From an uncultured Sphaerochaeta sp. (GTDB lineage: Bacteria; Spirochaetota; Spirochaetia; Sphaerochaetales; Sphaerochaetaceae), in contig CAYUHP010000001.1 in the NCBI GenBank assembly GCA_964444595.1, positions 1 to 55,260 on the forward strand: a DNA stretch of 55,260 bases. Reading direction: 5' to 3'. Positions 1-9,654 of this stretch are shown here, one piece after another; the stretch's first letter is position 1, and every line of letters begins with the position of its first letter. The notes below the pieces were generated by a model. That model was not told where the DNA came from. It made no database searches and worked only from the letters and a program-made list of their open reading frames with translations. A program made the position numbers and the translations under genes.

Positions 1-44
1 GCCGATGGTACTGCCAACTGGCGGGAGAGTAGGTAGCTGCCGGG
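1..44 (+). rRNA. rrf: 5S rRNA, copy 1 (3' part only, truncated by window start)
   Basis: GCCGATGGTACTGCC..GGCGGGAGAGTAGGT..GCCGG is the conserved 3' half of bacterial 5S; near-identical to 177-220. Confidence 0.92.
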
Positions 45-110
45 CCTCTTTTTTTCTTATATGTTCCAACACGCGATCGACAACCTGTCGCTCTACGTGT
101 TTGAATATAG

Positions 111-220
<110 letters not shown>

Positions 221-232
221 TTTTTTATGTTT

Positions 233-1018
233 TTAGCGCCAGGCCTCAAAAGCCTGGATTTTTTTTGCTCGTCCCTCTTCGTCATAGAGGTAGATCGGAA
301 GGTACGCAAAATCTTCGGGCTTAACAAATGACCGGAGTGGATCATCGGCGATTGAGTAGCCTTGGTTGTTCTTTACTGCAGTGATAAAATCGTCGATTGT
401 TTCTAGTTTCCTTTCAAAGGACATCCCCCTGGTTGTCACTCCGATCTTCTTGGCGGTGTGAATGTCCGAGCCGGAGGTCATCGGAAGGTTGTAAAACTTA
501 GCGTACTTCCTTGCCTTGCGATCGAACTCATCATCGTTTTCGCCGTTGATGACCTCAACTGCGTGAACGGTATAGGGGTGGAGATTGATCCGACTTAAAT
601 AGTTGCGCTCGCGGAACGGGTGCGCTTGGACAACAAGTCCCCCCTCCTTATCGACCTCTTCATACAGAGTGCGATGATTCCAACCCATGATCTGAGGGTG
701 CTCAAGGAGCCACGCTTTATCGAGGCCATAGATGAGAAACTCATCTTGACCGTAGGAGTATTCAAAGCCAAAGAACACCGAAAGACCCAAATGGTCCCCA
801 TACTCCTTTGCTTCTTCATAACCTTGAGCTAACAGTCGGACACGTTCGCGCCAAGGAAGGTTGTAGGAGATACTGGTGTTTCCGTTGAAGAAGTGGTCAG
901 TTACGATGATGCCGCTGTATCCCTCATCAAGATAGGATTGGATATATGCTTTTCCAGGAGAGATCCCACAAGCACTGGCTTGGTTGGTATGAAGGTGAGT
1001 CTCGTAGCGGTAATTCAT
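233..1018 (-). CDS. PHP-domain (histidinol-phosphatase-like) metal-dependent phosphoesterase, paralog 1
   Basis: ETHLHT, VTDH, AHP and SGSDIH motifs of the PHP family. Confidence 0.88.
   Translation of the reverse strand: MNYRYETHLHTNQASACGISPGKAYIQSYLDEGYSGIIVTDHFFNGNTSISYNLPWRERVRLLAQGYEEAKEYGDHLGLSVFFGFEYSYGQDEFLIYGLDKAWLLEHPQIMGWNHRTLYEEVDKEGGLVVQAHPFRERNYLSRINLHPYTVHAVEVINGENDDEFDRKARKYAKFYNLPMTSGSDIHTAKKIGVTTRGMSFERKLETIDDFITAVKNNQGYSIADDPLRSFVKPEDFAYLPIYLYDEEGRAKKIQAFEAWR
239..266 (+). terminator. Rho-independent terminator of the rRNA operon
   Basis: CCAGGC-ctcaaaa-GCCTGG followed by A and a T8 run just after the last 5S. Confidence 0.7.
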
Positions 1019-1307
1019 AATTGTTTCCCATTATATTTGTCTATTGCTGTACGGCCAGAGGGTAGCCAACAGGGATTCAAGTGCAATTTGTTCCGAATAC
1101 AAGACCACATTGCATCGACTCCTCTTAGAACGTACCCTTTTTTCGGCTTCTATGTCCATGTGAAATAGAGTCCCAAAACTATTTCAGTTGTCCGCTTCAG
1201 ATTACATTATGAACACTTCATCTTTCGAAATATTTGGAGGGTAGAGGTGTTTATCTTGAAAAGCACAAGAACGTTTTACATCTAGCAATACCCTCCGATC
1301 TGATGGT

Positions 1308-1325
1308 GTGATACAATTGTTTCAC
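1308..1325 (+). promoter_or_regulatory. Palindromic operator overlapping an extended -10 of the ABC operon
   Basis: GTGATACAATTGTTTCAC is an 18-bp near-perfect palindrome and contains TG-a-TACAAT. Confidence 0.55.
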
Positions 1326-1365
1326 GCTTCACATAAAAGACAGAATGAGAAGCTAAGGAGTGTTT

Positions 1366-2514
1366 ATGAAAAAAGTATTTGTTGTAATGCTGATTCTTGT
1401 GCTCTTGCCCTTGGCGTTATTCGCCGGTGGTGGAAAAGAACAGCCCAAAGCAGCCTCCACGGTCATCGAAGATCTTACTCACGATGAGTTGGTAGCTCGT
1501 GCTCAGGCAGAGGGTAAAGTCGTAGTGTATTCGACGACAAGTCGAATTGCTAAAGCAGCTGAGACCTTTACCAAGAAATATGGTATCGAAGTCGAAAGCT
1601 CCAACCTTAAGGACTTTGAGCTGATTGAGAAAGTTACAAAAGAAGCTCAAGCCGGAGTTACCGGAGCTGACTTTGTTCTTGCTCAAGATGAAGGACGCCT
1701 AGTCGGTGAATTGCTGGATCCTGGATATCTCTACAACTATGTTCCACCAAGTGTGAAAACACTCATTCCTGTTGACCGCCAAAACCCCCTTCAAACGTTC
1801 ATCATTAACAAAGTGTTTATTTACAATGATGAAGGATTGACTGAAAGCCCCTACTACAATATTTGGCAGTTTGCTGATCCAAAATTCAAAGGTGTCCTCC
1901 AATTTAAGAACCCGTTCCAAGAGGGTGTAAACGCTAACTTCTTGACGATGATTACAAACGATTATTGGTCAAAGAAAATAGCCGATGCATATAAGGCATA
2001 CTTTGGTAAAGATATCGTTTTGACGACGCCAAATGCCGGATATGAGTGGATTAAAGCAATCTACACGAACGATCTGATCGTCGGTACGAGTGATACCACG
2101 ATCGCAGAAAACGTTGGAATTAAAGGCCAAAACGCCCGTCGAGAACTTCCCCCGATTGGACTCTTTGTGCTTTCAAAACTCCGCTATTCGATTACGAAAG
2201 ACTTAGCTCTTGCCCCAGCGATGAAGATGGAGCCTTTTGCCGGGTTCTATTACAACTTCTATGCGTTGATGGTCAGCAGTGCAAAGAACCCACACGCTGC
2301 TATGCTCTTCATTGAATACCTCTTCTCTGAAGAAGGGTTTGCACCGTGGGGTGTCGATAGTGGAACGTATTCCACCAATCCAAACAATCCAATTCACGAA
2401 GATATTGACTTCCCGTTCAGTGTCTGGGAGCCGCTCTTGGTAGGTGAAGAGGGTGATTATACCTTCGAGCACCGGGCTGAAGTAGAAGAGTTCTTGAACC
2501 AATATATCTACTAA
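1366..2514 (+). CDS. ABC transporter substrate-binding protein, AfuA/FbpA-like family
   Basis: Signal peptide; AEGKVVVYS and AKNPHAAMLFIEYL motifs; SD AAGGAG before ATG 1366; followed by permease and ATPase. Confidence 0.85.
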   Translation: MKKVFVVMLILVLLPLALFAGGGKEQPKAASTVIEDLTHDELVARAQAEGKVVVYSTTSRIAKAAETFTKKYGIEVESSNLKDFELIEKVTKEAQAGVTGADFVLAQDEGRLVGELLDPGYLYNYVPPSVKTLIPVDRQNPLQTFIINKVFIYNDEGLTESPYYNIWQFADPKFKGVLQFKNPFQEGVNANFLTMITNDYWSKKIADAYKAYFGKDIVLTTPNAGYEWIKAIYTNDLIVGTSDTTIAENVGIKGQNARRELPPIGLFVLSKLRYSITKDLALAPAMKMEPFAGFYYNFYALMVSSAKNPHAAMLFIEYLFSEEGFAPWGVDSGTYSTNPNNPIHEDIDFPFSVWEPLLVGEEGDYTFEHRAEVEEFLNQYIY

Positions 2515-2538
2515 ACCCTGAGTTGTAATGTTTTTACA

Positions 2539-2562
2539 TGCCTGCAGGGTTTCCTGCAGGCA
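2539..2562 (+). other. Intercistronic hairpin, likely stabilising the binding-protein mRNA
   Basis: TGCCTGCAGG-gttt-CCTGCAGGCA between SBP and permease; no U-tract. Confidence 0.55.
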
Positions 2563-2583
2563 CTTCAAAAAGGAACCGTATCT

Positions 2584-4386
2584 ATGAGATTTGCTAGTAA
2601 ATATAACCAAGCAAAGACCTTTATAAAAAAGCCCCATAACTTTATTTTGCTTATTTTCATCGTAGTGCTGGGGTATTTAACATTGGTCCCTTTGGTAACG
2701 ATTGTGTTCGATACGTTTACCGTTCACTCCAGTGAAGTGAGAATTGTACGAAAACCTATCGGCTCTCTCACTCTGTACCACTGGACTAAAGTGTTTTTCA
2801 GTGGGCCTGTGAGCCAAAAAACGTTCTATGAACCGTTTGTGAATACGATGGTTGTAGCACTCCTTTCGTGTGTGGTCGCAATCTTAATCGGTGGATTTTT
2901 TGCGTGGACTGTTACTCGAACTAATATTCGAGCAAAAGGGTTCATTTCGACCGTATTCGTTTTTCCCTATATTATGCCCTCATGGACTCTTGCAATGGCG
3001 TGGTTAAACTTCTTTAGAAACTCGCGCATTGGTGGAGCACCGGGGCTATGGACAGTGTTGACCGGAATAGAACCCCCAAACTGGTTTGCCTATGGCCTCT
3101 TTCCTATCGTCCTTGTCCAAGGCCTGCACTATGCACCGTTTGCGTATATTCTCATCGGGGGAATTTTACGGAATATGGATGCCAACTTGGAGGAGGCAGC
3201 GATGTTGCTCCACGCAAACCGAATGCAAATCCTCACCAAAGTTACCCTTCCTATTGTCCGCCCGGCGATGCTTTCTACGTTCCTTCTAGTATTTGCCTCA
3301 ACGATGAGTGCGTTTGCCGTACCCTCATTTTTAGGTAGTCCTGTTCGTTACCAAGTGCTGACAACCCAAATGTATCGAACCCTAAATGGAATGAACCCCG
3401 GATATGGATACATCATGGCCCTTGTGATGATCGTCATCGGAGTAGCGATCCTTATGATCAACCAGTGGATTACCGGCCGCAGGCGCTCTTACACTACAAT
3501 TACGGGTAAAAGCTCAAATATCAGTCTGTTTAATCTCAGGAGGATGCGTACTCCTTTAACCGTTATTTTGGTTGTCTTCCTTGCTCTCGTAGCAATTCTT
3601 CCGCTTGCTTCCTTTGCAATCGAATCATTCATCATGAAGCCTGGGGACTATTCAATCGGTAACTTGACCACCGAGTTCTGGATTGGTGCCGGAAGACCGG
3701 AGATTGCTAACAGTGAACCGGGAGTGTTGCGTAATCCATCAATCTGGCTTGGACTCAAAAATAGTCTGAAGCTCTCAGTGGTGATCAGCTTGCTTGCTGG
3801 TACCTTGGGCGTTCTTGCAGGGTATGCGATTGCACGAGCTCGGGGAACGCGGTTGTCTACAATCGTAAATAATTTGACCTTCTTTCCCTATCTCATGCCT
3901 TCAATGGCATTTGGTGCCATCTTCCTTTCGATGTTTGCCGTTCGGCGAGGGATCATCCCCGCGCTGTATGGATCCTTCTGGCTTCTGGTCATCGTCGGTG
4001 CTGTGAAGTATCTTCCCTTCGCTTCTCGAAGCGGAATCAATGCGATGCTTCAAGTTTCAGGAGAGATTGAAGAAGCTGGAATTATCATGGGTGTTGGTTG
4101 GTTTAAGCGAATGACGCGAATTTTATTTCCCATACAGAAAACAACGTTTATCAGCGGATACCTGTTGCCATTTATTTCCTGTATGCGCGAACTCTCATTG
4201 TTTATCTTACTCGTCACGCCATCGACAAGAATCCTTACCACGTTGCTTTTCCAATACAACGAGAAAGGATGGAACCAATACGCAAATGCGATTAACTTGA
4301 TGATTGTTGTTATCGTCGTCGGATTCAATTTGTTGGTTAATAAGCTCCTTGGAGCATCAATCGACAAGGGAATCGGGGGCAACTAA
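2584..4386 (+). CDS. ABC permease, fused double-domain AfuB/FbpB type
   Basis: 600 aa with many TM segments and two EAA loops (LEEAAMLLHA, IEEAGIIMG). Confidence 0.9.
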   Translation: MRFASKYNQAKTFIKKPHNFILLIFIVVLGYLTLVPLVTIVFDTFTVHSSEVRIVRKPIGSLTLYHWTKVFFSGPVSQKTFYEPFVNTMVVALLSCVVAILIGGFFAWTVTRTNIRAKGFISTVFVFPYIMPSWTLAMAWLNFFRNSRIGGAPGLWTVLTGIEPPNWFAYGLFPIVLVQGLHYAPFAYILIGGILRNMDANLEEAAMLLHANRMQILTKVTLPIVRPAMLSTFLLVFASTMSAFAVPSFLGSPVRYQVLTTQMYRTLNGMNPGYGYIMALVMIVIGVAILMINQWITGRRRSYTTITGKSSNISLFNLRRMRTPLTVILVVFLALVAILPLASFAIESFIMKPGDYSIGNLTTEFWIGAGRPEIANSEPGVLRNPSIWLGLKNSLKLSVVISLLAGTLGVLAGYAIARARGTRLSTIVNNLTFFPYLMPSMAFGAIFLSMFAVRRGIIPALYGSFWLLVIVGAVKYLPFASRSGINAMLQVSGEIEEAGIIMGVGWFKRMTRILFPIQKTTFISGYLLPFISCMRELSLFILLVTPSTRILTTLLFQYNEKGWNQYANAINLMIVVIVVGFNLLVNKLLGASIDKGIGGN

Positions 4387-4398
4387 GAGGAGCTGTTC

Positions 4399-5523
4399 AT
4401 GCCAAAAATTGAATTAATAAATGTAACAAAAAAATTTGGAAAATTTGTGGCGGTCGAAAACCTGAATATGGTTATCGACGACCGCTCATTTATCACATTG
4501 CTGGGTCCTTCAGGGTGTGGCAAAACCACAACACTACGGATGATTGCAGGATTGGAAACCCCCACCGAGGGGCGAATTACTATCAACGAGCGAGTTGTCT
4601 TTTGTAGTGAGCAGGGAATCGATATTCCCCCAGATAAGCGAGATGTCGGATTCTTATTCCAAAACTATGCCCTGTGGCCGCATATGACGGTGTATAAGAA
4701 CATCGCCTTTGGGCTTGAAAACCTCAAGTGGACAAAAGAAGCGATTAAAGAGCGAGTCAATGAACTCATGGAGATGCTCAAGATTTCTGAATTTGAAGCG
4801 CGCTTCCCATCGGAGCTCAGTGGCGGACAGCAACAGCGAGTTGCTATTGCTCGGACATTAGCAACTGGCCCAAAGGCGTTGTTTATGGATGAGCCACTTT
4901 CTAACTTGGATGCGAAACTTCGAATGGAGATGCGCTCTGAGTTAAAGCGCCTGCACCGCGATACCGATTCGACGTTTGTGTATGTTACCCATGATCAGTT
5001 GGAAGCGATGACCCTTTCAAGCCAAGTGTGTCTCATGAAGGAGGGTCTTTTACAGCAGTATGCCCCGCCTCTTGAGATCTATCGAAAGCCAGCAAATGCG
5101 TTTGTTGCGGACTTTGTGGGCTCTCCAAATATTAACTTGCTTGAAGGTGAGATCCTTCACGATAAGGATCTCATGCTTTCCTTTGCAAAGGCTTTCAAGC
5201 TGGGCTTTACGCCCAATGAGGCGATGAGCCTTACGAAGGGCCAGAAGATCCTGTTGGGTATTCGCCCCGAGCACATCATTATCAGTGATAAGGAACCGAT
5301 GGTTACCGGCGAGATTATTTCATCACTTCCTTCAGGAATGGAAACAATTATTGCGTTAGATGTTCATGGGTTTAGACTCCACTCCGTTGTGTTTGGTGAT
5401 TTGGACTTTGAAATAGGGCGTAAGGTTGGACTTCGGTTTGAACACAAGGCTTTTAACCTTTTTAATCATGAAGATGGTGAAAACCTTGGCCAGGGTGTTT
5501 TAAGCAAGGCGAGTGATGAGTAA
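4399..5523 (+). CDS. ABC transporter ATP-binding protein (AfuC/MalK/PotA type)
   Basis: GPSGCGKT, LSGGQQQR, DEPLSNLD, VTHDQ, C-terminal GIRPE TOBE region. Confidence 0.93.
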   Translation: MPKIELINVTKKFGKFVAVENLNMVIDDRSFITLLGPSGCGKTTTLRMIAGLETPTEGRITINERVVFCSEQGIDIPPDKRDVGFLFQNYALWPHMTVYKNIAFGLENLKWTKEAIKERVNELMEMLKISEFEARFPSELSGGQQQRVAIARTLATGPKALFMDEPLSNLDAKLRMEMRSELKRLHRDTDSTFVYVTHDQLEAMTLSSQVCLMKEGLLQQYAPPLEIYRKPANAFVADFVGSPNINLLEGEILHDKDLMLSFAKAFKLGFTPNEAMSLTKGQKILLGIRPEHIIISDKEPMVTGEIISSLPSGMETIIALDVHGFRLHSVVFGDLDFEIGRKVGLRFEHKAFNLFNHEDGENLGQGVLSKASDE

Positions 5524-6997
5524 AGCGATGTTTCGAGCTCACGATATTCGGGCCAAACGTGAGTGTTTTGAAGAGCCCACAGCCAGTGTTTTGGCACTGG
5601 CGTTGGCTCGATATTGGATCGATGAGCTGAAGGTTGACTCGGTAGTAGTGTGTCGTGATACCCGTTTAGGGGGGGCCGCTCTGATGCAAAGGCTCGTAGA
5701 TGTCTTTGTTGAAGAGGGCTTGAAGGTCTTTTTGGAGCCCAACCCGGTGGGCAGTTGCCACTTTTATCACATCTGCATGACGCAAAGCCAAAGTGCCGGA
5801 GTGATGATTACCGCGAGTCATAATCCGGGTTCGTATTTGGGGATGAAGCTTGTTGGACCAAACCTCCAACCGATAAGTATGGGCTATGGCCCCAAAGGTG
5901 GAATAGAGCAGATTCGCACCCTTTTCGGCGAGTCTCATCTTGCGTCAGCGAAAAAGGATGGTGGGCAAGTCGTGCTCGTTGATACGCTCGCTTCATTCGT
6001 TGAGCAATCAATGGCTCTTGCCGGAGTAGAAGAGGAGATGTTGCGTGGTACCCATGTAGCCTATGATTTTCTGCACGGCATTGGATTCCCTGCGATCGGG
6101 CTTGCTTCCCAAAAGGCAGGGGTTACCTACGATCTGCTCCATGGTGTGCCAGATGGAAACTTCCCGGTAGGCGATCCTAACCCAGGAATTGAGAAGAGCA
6201 TGCAAGGGAGCATGGAATATCTTAAAAACACGGGGACAAAGTTACTGTTAGCGTATGATGGTGATGGGGATCGGATGGATCTCATCTATAAGGGGAAACA
6301 ACTATCTCCTTCAATGGTTATGTATTGCATTGTTGATCAGCTCGTCGCACTAAATCCTGAAATCAAGAATCCTGTCATACTTTTTGATGTTAAATCATCA
6401 CCGCCGCTGATCAGCGGTATGATTAGGCGCGGATACACGCTTCAGGTTGTTCGCAACGGACATTCAGCGATTAAGCAGATCATGAACAATGGAGCTTTGT
6501 GTGCGGTAGAAGAATCTGCTCACTACTACTATCAACTCCCTCTGTTAGATCAACACGGGGTTCGGGTTCCTTCGGAAAACACCCTGTTTTATACGCTTCT
6601 CATCCTCAAAGCATACTCTCAGAACCCTTCGCTTTTTGAAGAAGCTCAAAAACTCCAAGAGAGTTTCTTCAGGGAACGGGAGTGGGCGGTAGTGATTAAG
6701 AATGGGCAAAAACGTGATCTGTTTTTGGCGGAGCTTAATCAAGCAATGACAGATTTGGGGGCAACTCGCTATGAAGAAGGTCCGGATGGATCCTCCCTTG
6801 GTGCGGTTCTCTACCGGCTCAATCTTCCGAAAAACTGGGAAACTGAGGAGCTCTCCTCGGATTCATGGTTCCAAGTCTTTCAGCGCCTCAGTGAGAGTGA
6901 AGACAATGTGCTGCGCTTCGAGGTGCTTGCCGCTAAGAAGGAAGAAGGGGTGAAGATTGTCGAGCTACTGCACAGTCTTCAGAGCTCATATCTGTAG
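5516..6997 (+). CDS. Alpha-D-phosphohexomutase family protein (PMM/PGM-like)
   Basis: FRAHDIR, TASHNP phosphoserine loop, DGDGDR metal loop, EESAH sugar loop; start overlaps ATPase stop. Confidence 0.88.
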   Translation: MSKAMFRAHDIRAKRECFEEPTASVLALALARYWIDELKVDSVVVCRDTRLGGAALMQRLVDVFVEEGLKVFLEPNPVGSCHFYHICMTQSQSAGVMITASHNPGSYLGMKLVGPNLQPISMGYGPKGGIEQIRTLFGESHLASAKKDGGQVVLVDTLASFVEQSMALAGVEEEMLRGTHVAYDFLHGIGFPAIGLASQKAGVTYDLLHGVPDGNFPVGDPNPGIEKSMQGSMEYLKNTGTKLLLAYDGDGDRMDLIYKGKQLSPSMVMYCIVDQLVALNPEIKNPVILFDVKSSPPLISGMIRRGYTLQVVRNGHSAIKQIMNNGALCAVEESAHYYYQLPLLDQHGVRVPSENTLFYTLLILKAYSQNPSLFEEAQKLQESFFREREWAVVIKNGQKRDLFLAELNQAMTDLGATRYEEGPDGSSLGAVLYRLNLPKNWETEELSSDSWFQVFQRLSESEDNVLRFEVLAAKKEEGVKIVELLHSLQSSYL

Positions 6998-7783
6998 CAA
7001 AAACTCTTGTTTAAAAGAAACTTCGCGGTAGTGATTCGTCTCATCATAGAGATGAATCGGTATCGTTGTATCTGCTGAATGGGGAAGGGTGTTTCGGTCT
7101 TCTTGGCCAAGAAGGAGGGCTCGATCACGATTTTTCACCCGTGCTATGAAATCCTCAATACAGGTTAGCGGAGTATCAAAAGCCATCCCCATCGGCTGAT
7201 CTTTTATCTTTTCAATCGCATGTACATCACTGCCACTGGTTATTGGCAACCCTAAGGCTCGGGCGTATGTAAATGCCTTGCGGTCAAATTCTGCTTCGTT
7301 ACCATCGTTAAGGACTTCGATTGCATGGACAAGGTGAGGAAACAATTCAATTGTGCTGATCGTACGGCGCTCCCGAAATGGGTGAGCATGAACGACAAGC
7401 CCACCAGCTTCGTTGACGTGATTAAACAAGGTTGAAAGATCCCAATGCATAACTTCGGGGTGCTCCAAGAGCCATGCTTTGTCCAAACCATAGATGATAA
7501 AGTCAGCGCGATTGAAGGTATGTTCCCAGCCAAAGAATACTTGGAGACCGTGGCGATCACCTTCTTCTTTAGCCTGCTCATATCCCTCTACAAAACGACT
7601 TACCATCTCACTCCACGGCAGAATTTCTTTGATTGCGGTATTTCCGTTGAAAAAGTGGTCGGTGACAAAAATCCCACTGTAGCCCCGATCGAGGTATGGT
7701 TGGATATATTCATACCCCTTGCTCTTTCCGCATGAGCTCGCTTCTGAGGTATGTAAATGCGTCTCATAATGGTACAAATCCAT
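6986..7783 (-). CDS. PHP-domain phosphoesterase, paralog 2
   Basis: ETHLHT, VTDH, HAHP, SGSDVH; start moved to ATG 7783 (SD GGAG) to match paralog 1. Confidence 0.88.
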   Translation of the reverse strand: MDLYHYETHLHTSEASSCGKSKGYEYIQPYLDRGYSGIFVTDHFFNGNTAIKEILPWSEMVSRFVEGYEQAKEEGDRHGLQVFFGWEHTFNRADFIIYGLDKAWLLEHPEVMHWDLSTLFNHVNEAGGLVVHAHPFRERRTISTIELFPHLVHAIEVLNDGNEAEFDRKAFTYARALGLPITSGSDVHAIEKIKDQPMGMAFDTPLTCIEDFIARVKNRDRALLLGQEDRNTLPHSADTTIPIHLYDETNHYREVSFKQEFLLQI

Positions 7784-7928
7784 GCCCGCTCCCAGTTGTG
7801 TATATGGAATCAACTATATCTTTTTAGTAGAGGTTCTCCAAGTCGGAGTTCCCTCCCTCCACTTGTTCAAGCCCTCCCTTTCCTCTATGATAGTCTCAAT
7901 CCGTTGTATGGATATGGAAGGTATATAT

Positions 7929-8942
7929 ATGCAGATTCGCTTGGACAACTTGAAAAGAAGTTATGGCTCGCTTCACGCGGTCAACGGGATCAGTCTGTCC
8001 ATTCCCTCCAATCGAATCTACGGAATCATCGGCAAAAGCGGAGCGGGTAAGTCAACGTTAGTTCGGCTTATCAGTCTTCTTGAAAAACCAGATGGTGGTG
8101 AAGTTCATTTTGATGATCTTCGGGTTGATAACCTAGAGAAGGAACATCTGATCCAACGCCGAAGGCGAGTGGGGATGATCTTCCAAAACTTTAACCTCTT
8201 CTCCAGCCGAAATGCCGAGCAGAATGTTGCCTATCCCCTTGAGATTATTGGTACTCCCAAAGCGGAGATTAAAACCAGAGTTGCCGAGTTACTTGAATTG
8301 GTAGGTCTTGGTGACCGGGGCAAAGCCCCGATCTCCACCTTAAGTGGAGGCCAAAAACAGCGCGTTGCGATCGCCCGAGCTCTTGCCTGTAACCCAGATA
8401 TCCTCTTCTGCGATGAAGCGACCAGCGCTCTTGATCCACAAACAACCCACTCAATCCTCTCCCTGCTGAAAGAGATCCAACGAAAGATGGGTCTTACGAT
8501 CGTGATGATCACCCACCAGATGGAAGTGGTCCGGGATGTGTGCGATCTTGTTGCCGTCCTTGATGATGGAAAGGTTGTTGAAGAGGGTCTTGTTACCGAT
8601 ATCTTTGCCAACCCCAAAAGCGACGTTACCAAAGACTTCCTCTCGCACCTAGTTGGAACCGATGGCGGGACTGAAGAGAAGATCGTTCAGTGGTCAACGA
8701 AGAGTGGGGCGTACATCTTGCGCTTCCGCGGGGTAACCACCGACCAGCCGATTCTCAGTCAGATCTCCCGTGAAACCGGAATTGACTTTAATATTCGAGC
8801 CGGTGGTGTCCAGAAGGTCGGTGGTGAGGTTGAAATTGGAACGTTAATTGTTGATATTCAAGGAAACGAAGAGGAGCAAGCAACCGTTGTTGCTCGGCTT
8901 CGCGAGTTTGGGGTCAATGTTGAGAGGGAGGAGCGAGTATGA
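7929..8942 (+). CDS. metN: Methionine ABC transporter ATP-binding protein
   Basis: GKSGAGKS, LSGGQKQR, CDEATSALDP, C-terminal NIL-like domain; start at MQIRL. Confidence 0.92.
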   Translation: MQIRLDNLKRSYGSLHAVNGISLSIPSNRIYGIIGKSGAGKSTLVRLISLLEKPDGGEVHFDDLRVDNLEKEHLIQRRRRVGMIFQNFNLFSSRNAEQNVAYPLEIIGTPKAEIKTRVAELLELVGLGDRGKAPISTLSGGQKQRVAIARALACNPDILFCDEATSALDPQTTHSILSLLKEIQRKMGLTIVMITHQMEVVRDVCDLVAVLDDGKVVEEGLVTDIFANPKSDVTKDFLSHLVGTDGGTEEKIVQWSTKSGAYILRFRGVTTDQPILSQISRETGIDFNIRAGGVQKVGGEVEIGTLIVDIQGNEEEQATVVARLREFGVNVEREERV

Positions 8943-9604
8943 GTGCAAAAATTTGGCTCTTGATTTGGGGCTCGACCCTTCAAACACTCAGCATGGTCTT
9001 TTTTTCCACCCTGTTCTCCCTTATGTTGGGTCTTCCCTTGGGAGTGTTACTCTTTGTTACCGGTGAAGAGGAGCAAGGCGGGATCATTCCTTTACCCTTG
9101 TTGAACTCTATTCTGGGTCGGGTCGTGAACGTTCTTCGCTCCTTCCCCTTCATTATTCTCATGATCTTACTGTTTCCTCTTTCGAGGTTGTTGATTGGAA
9201 CGAGTATCGGCACTGCCGCTACGATCGTTCCGCTGTCGATCGCGGCAGCTCCGTTCGTTGCGCGTGTTATTGAAACCGCGCTTAAGGAGGTGGATCCGGG
9301 CGTCGTTCAAGCCGCCCGTGCCATGGGATCAACCAACTTCCAGATCGTCCGGAAGGTTTTGATCCCCGAAGCGATGCCCTCGTTGATCAGCGGGGTCGCG
9401 CTGACAATCATCAACCTGATCGGCTACTCGGCGATGGCTGGGGCGATCGGCGGTGGTGGGCTGGGGGATTTAGCGATCCGCTACGGCTATCAACGCTTCC
9501 GCGGCGATATTATGTTGGTTGCAGTGATCATCATCCTCGTTCTCGTTGAGATCGTTCAGATCATAGGCAACCGCCTCAGCGCTCGGCTCTTGGCCCGGCG
9601 TTAA
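8939..9604 (+). CDS. metI: Methionine ABC transporter permease
   Basis: VNVLRSFPFIIL and GYSAMAGAIGGGGLGDLAIRYGYQRF signatures. Confidence 0.94.
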   Translation: MSAKIWLLIWGSTLQTLSMVFFSTLFSLMLGLPLGVLLFVTGEEEQGGIIPLPLLNSILGRVVNVLRSFPFIILMILLFPLSRLLIGTSIGTAATIVPLSIAAAPFVARVIETALKEVDPGVVQAARAMGSTNFQIVRKVLIPEAMPSLISGVALTIINLIGYSAMAGAIGGGGLGDLAIRYGYQRFRGDIMLVAVIIILVLVEIVQIIGNRLSARLLARR

Positions 9605-9654
9605 AAGATTAATCAAAGAAATGAATCCTCCCGCATGGGAGATGGGAGCATAGT

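Noticed and set aside
7782-7928. N-terminal extension of MetN, or a SAM/T-box riboswitch before metN
   Set aside because: Family similarity starts at 7929. A TTGTTC-17-TATGAT promoter leaves only about 30 nt of leader, and no riboswitch motifs are visible.
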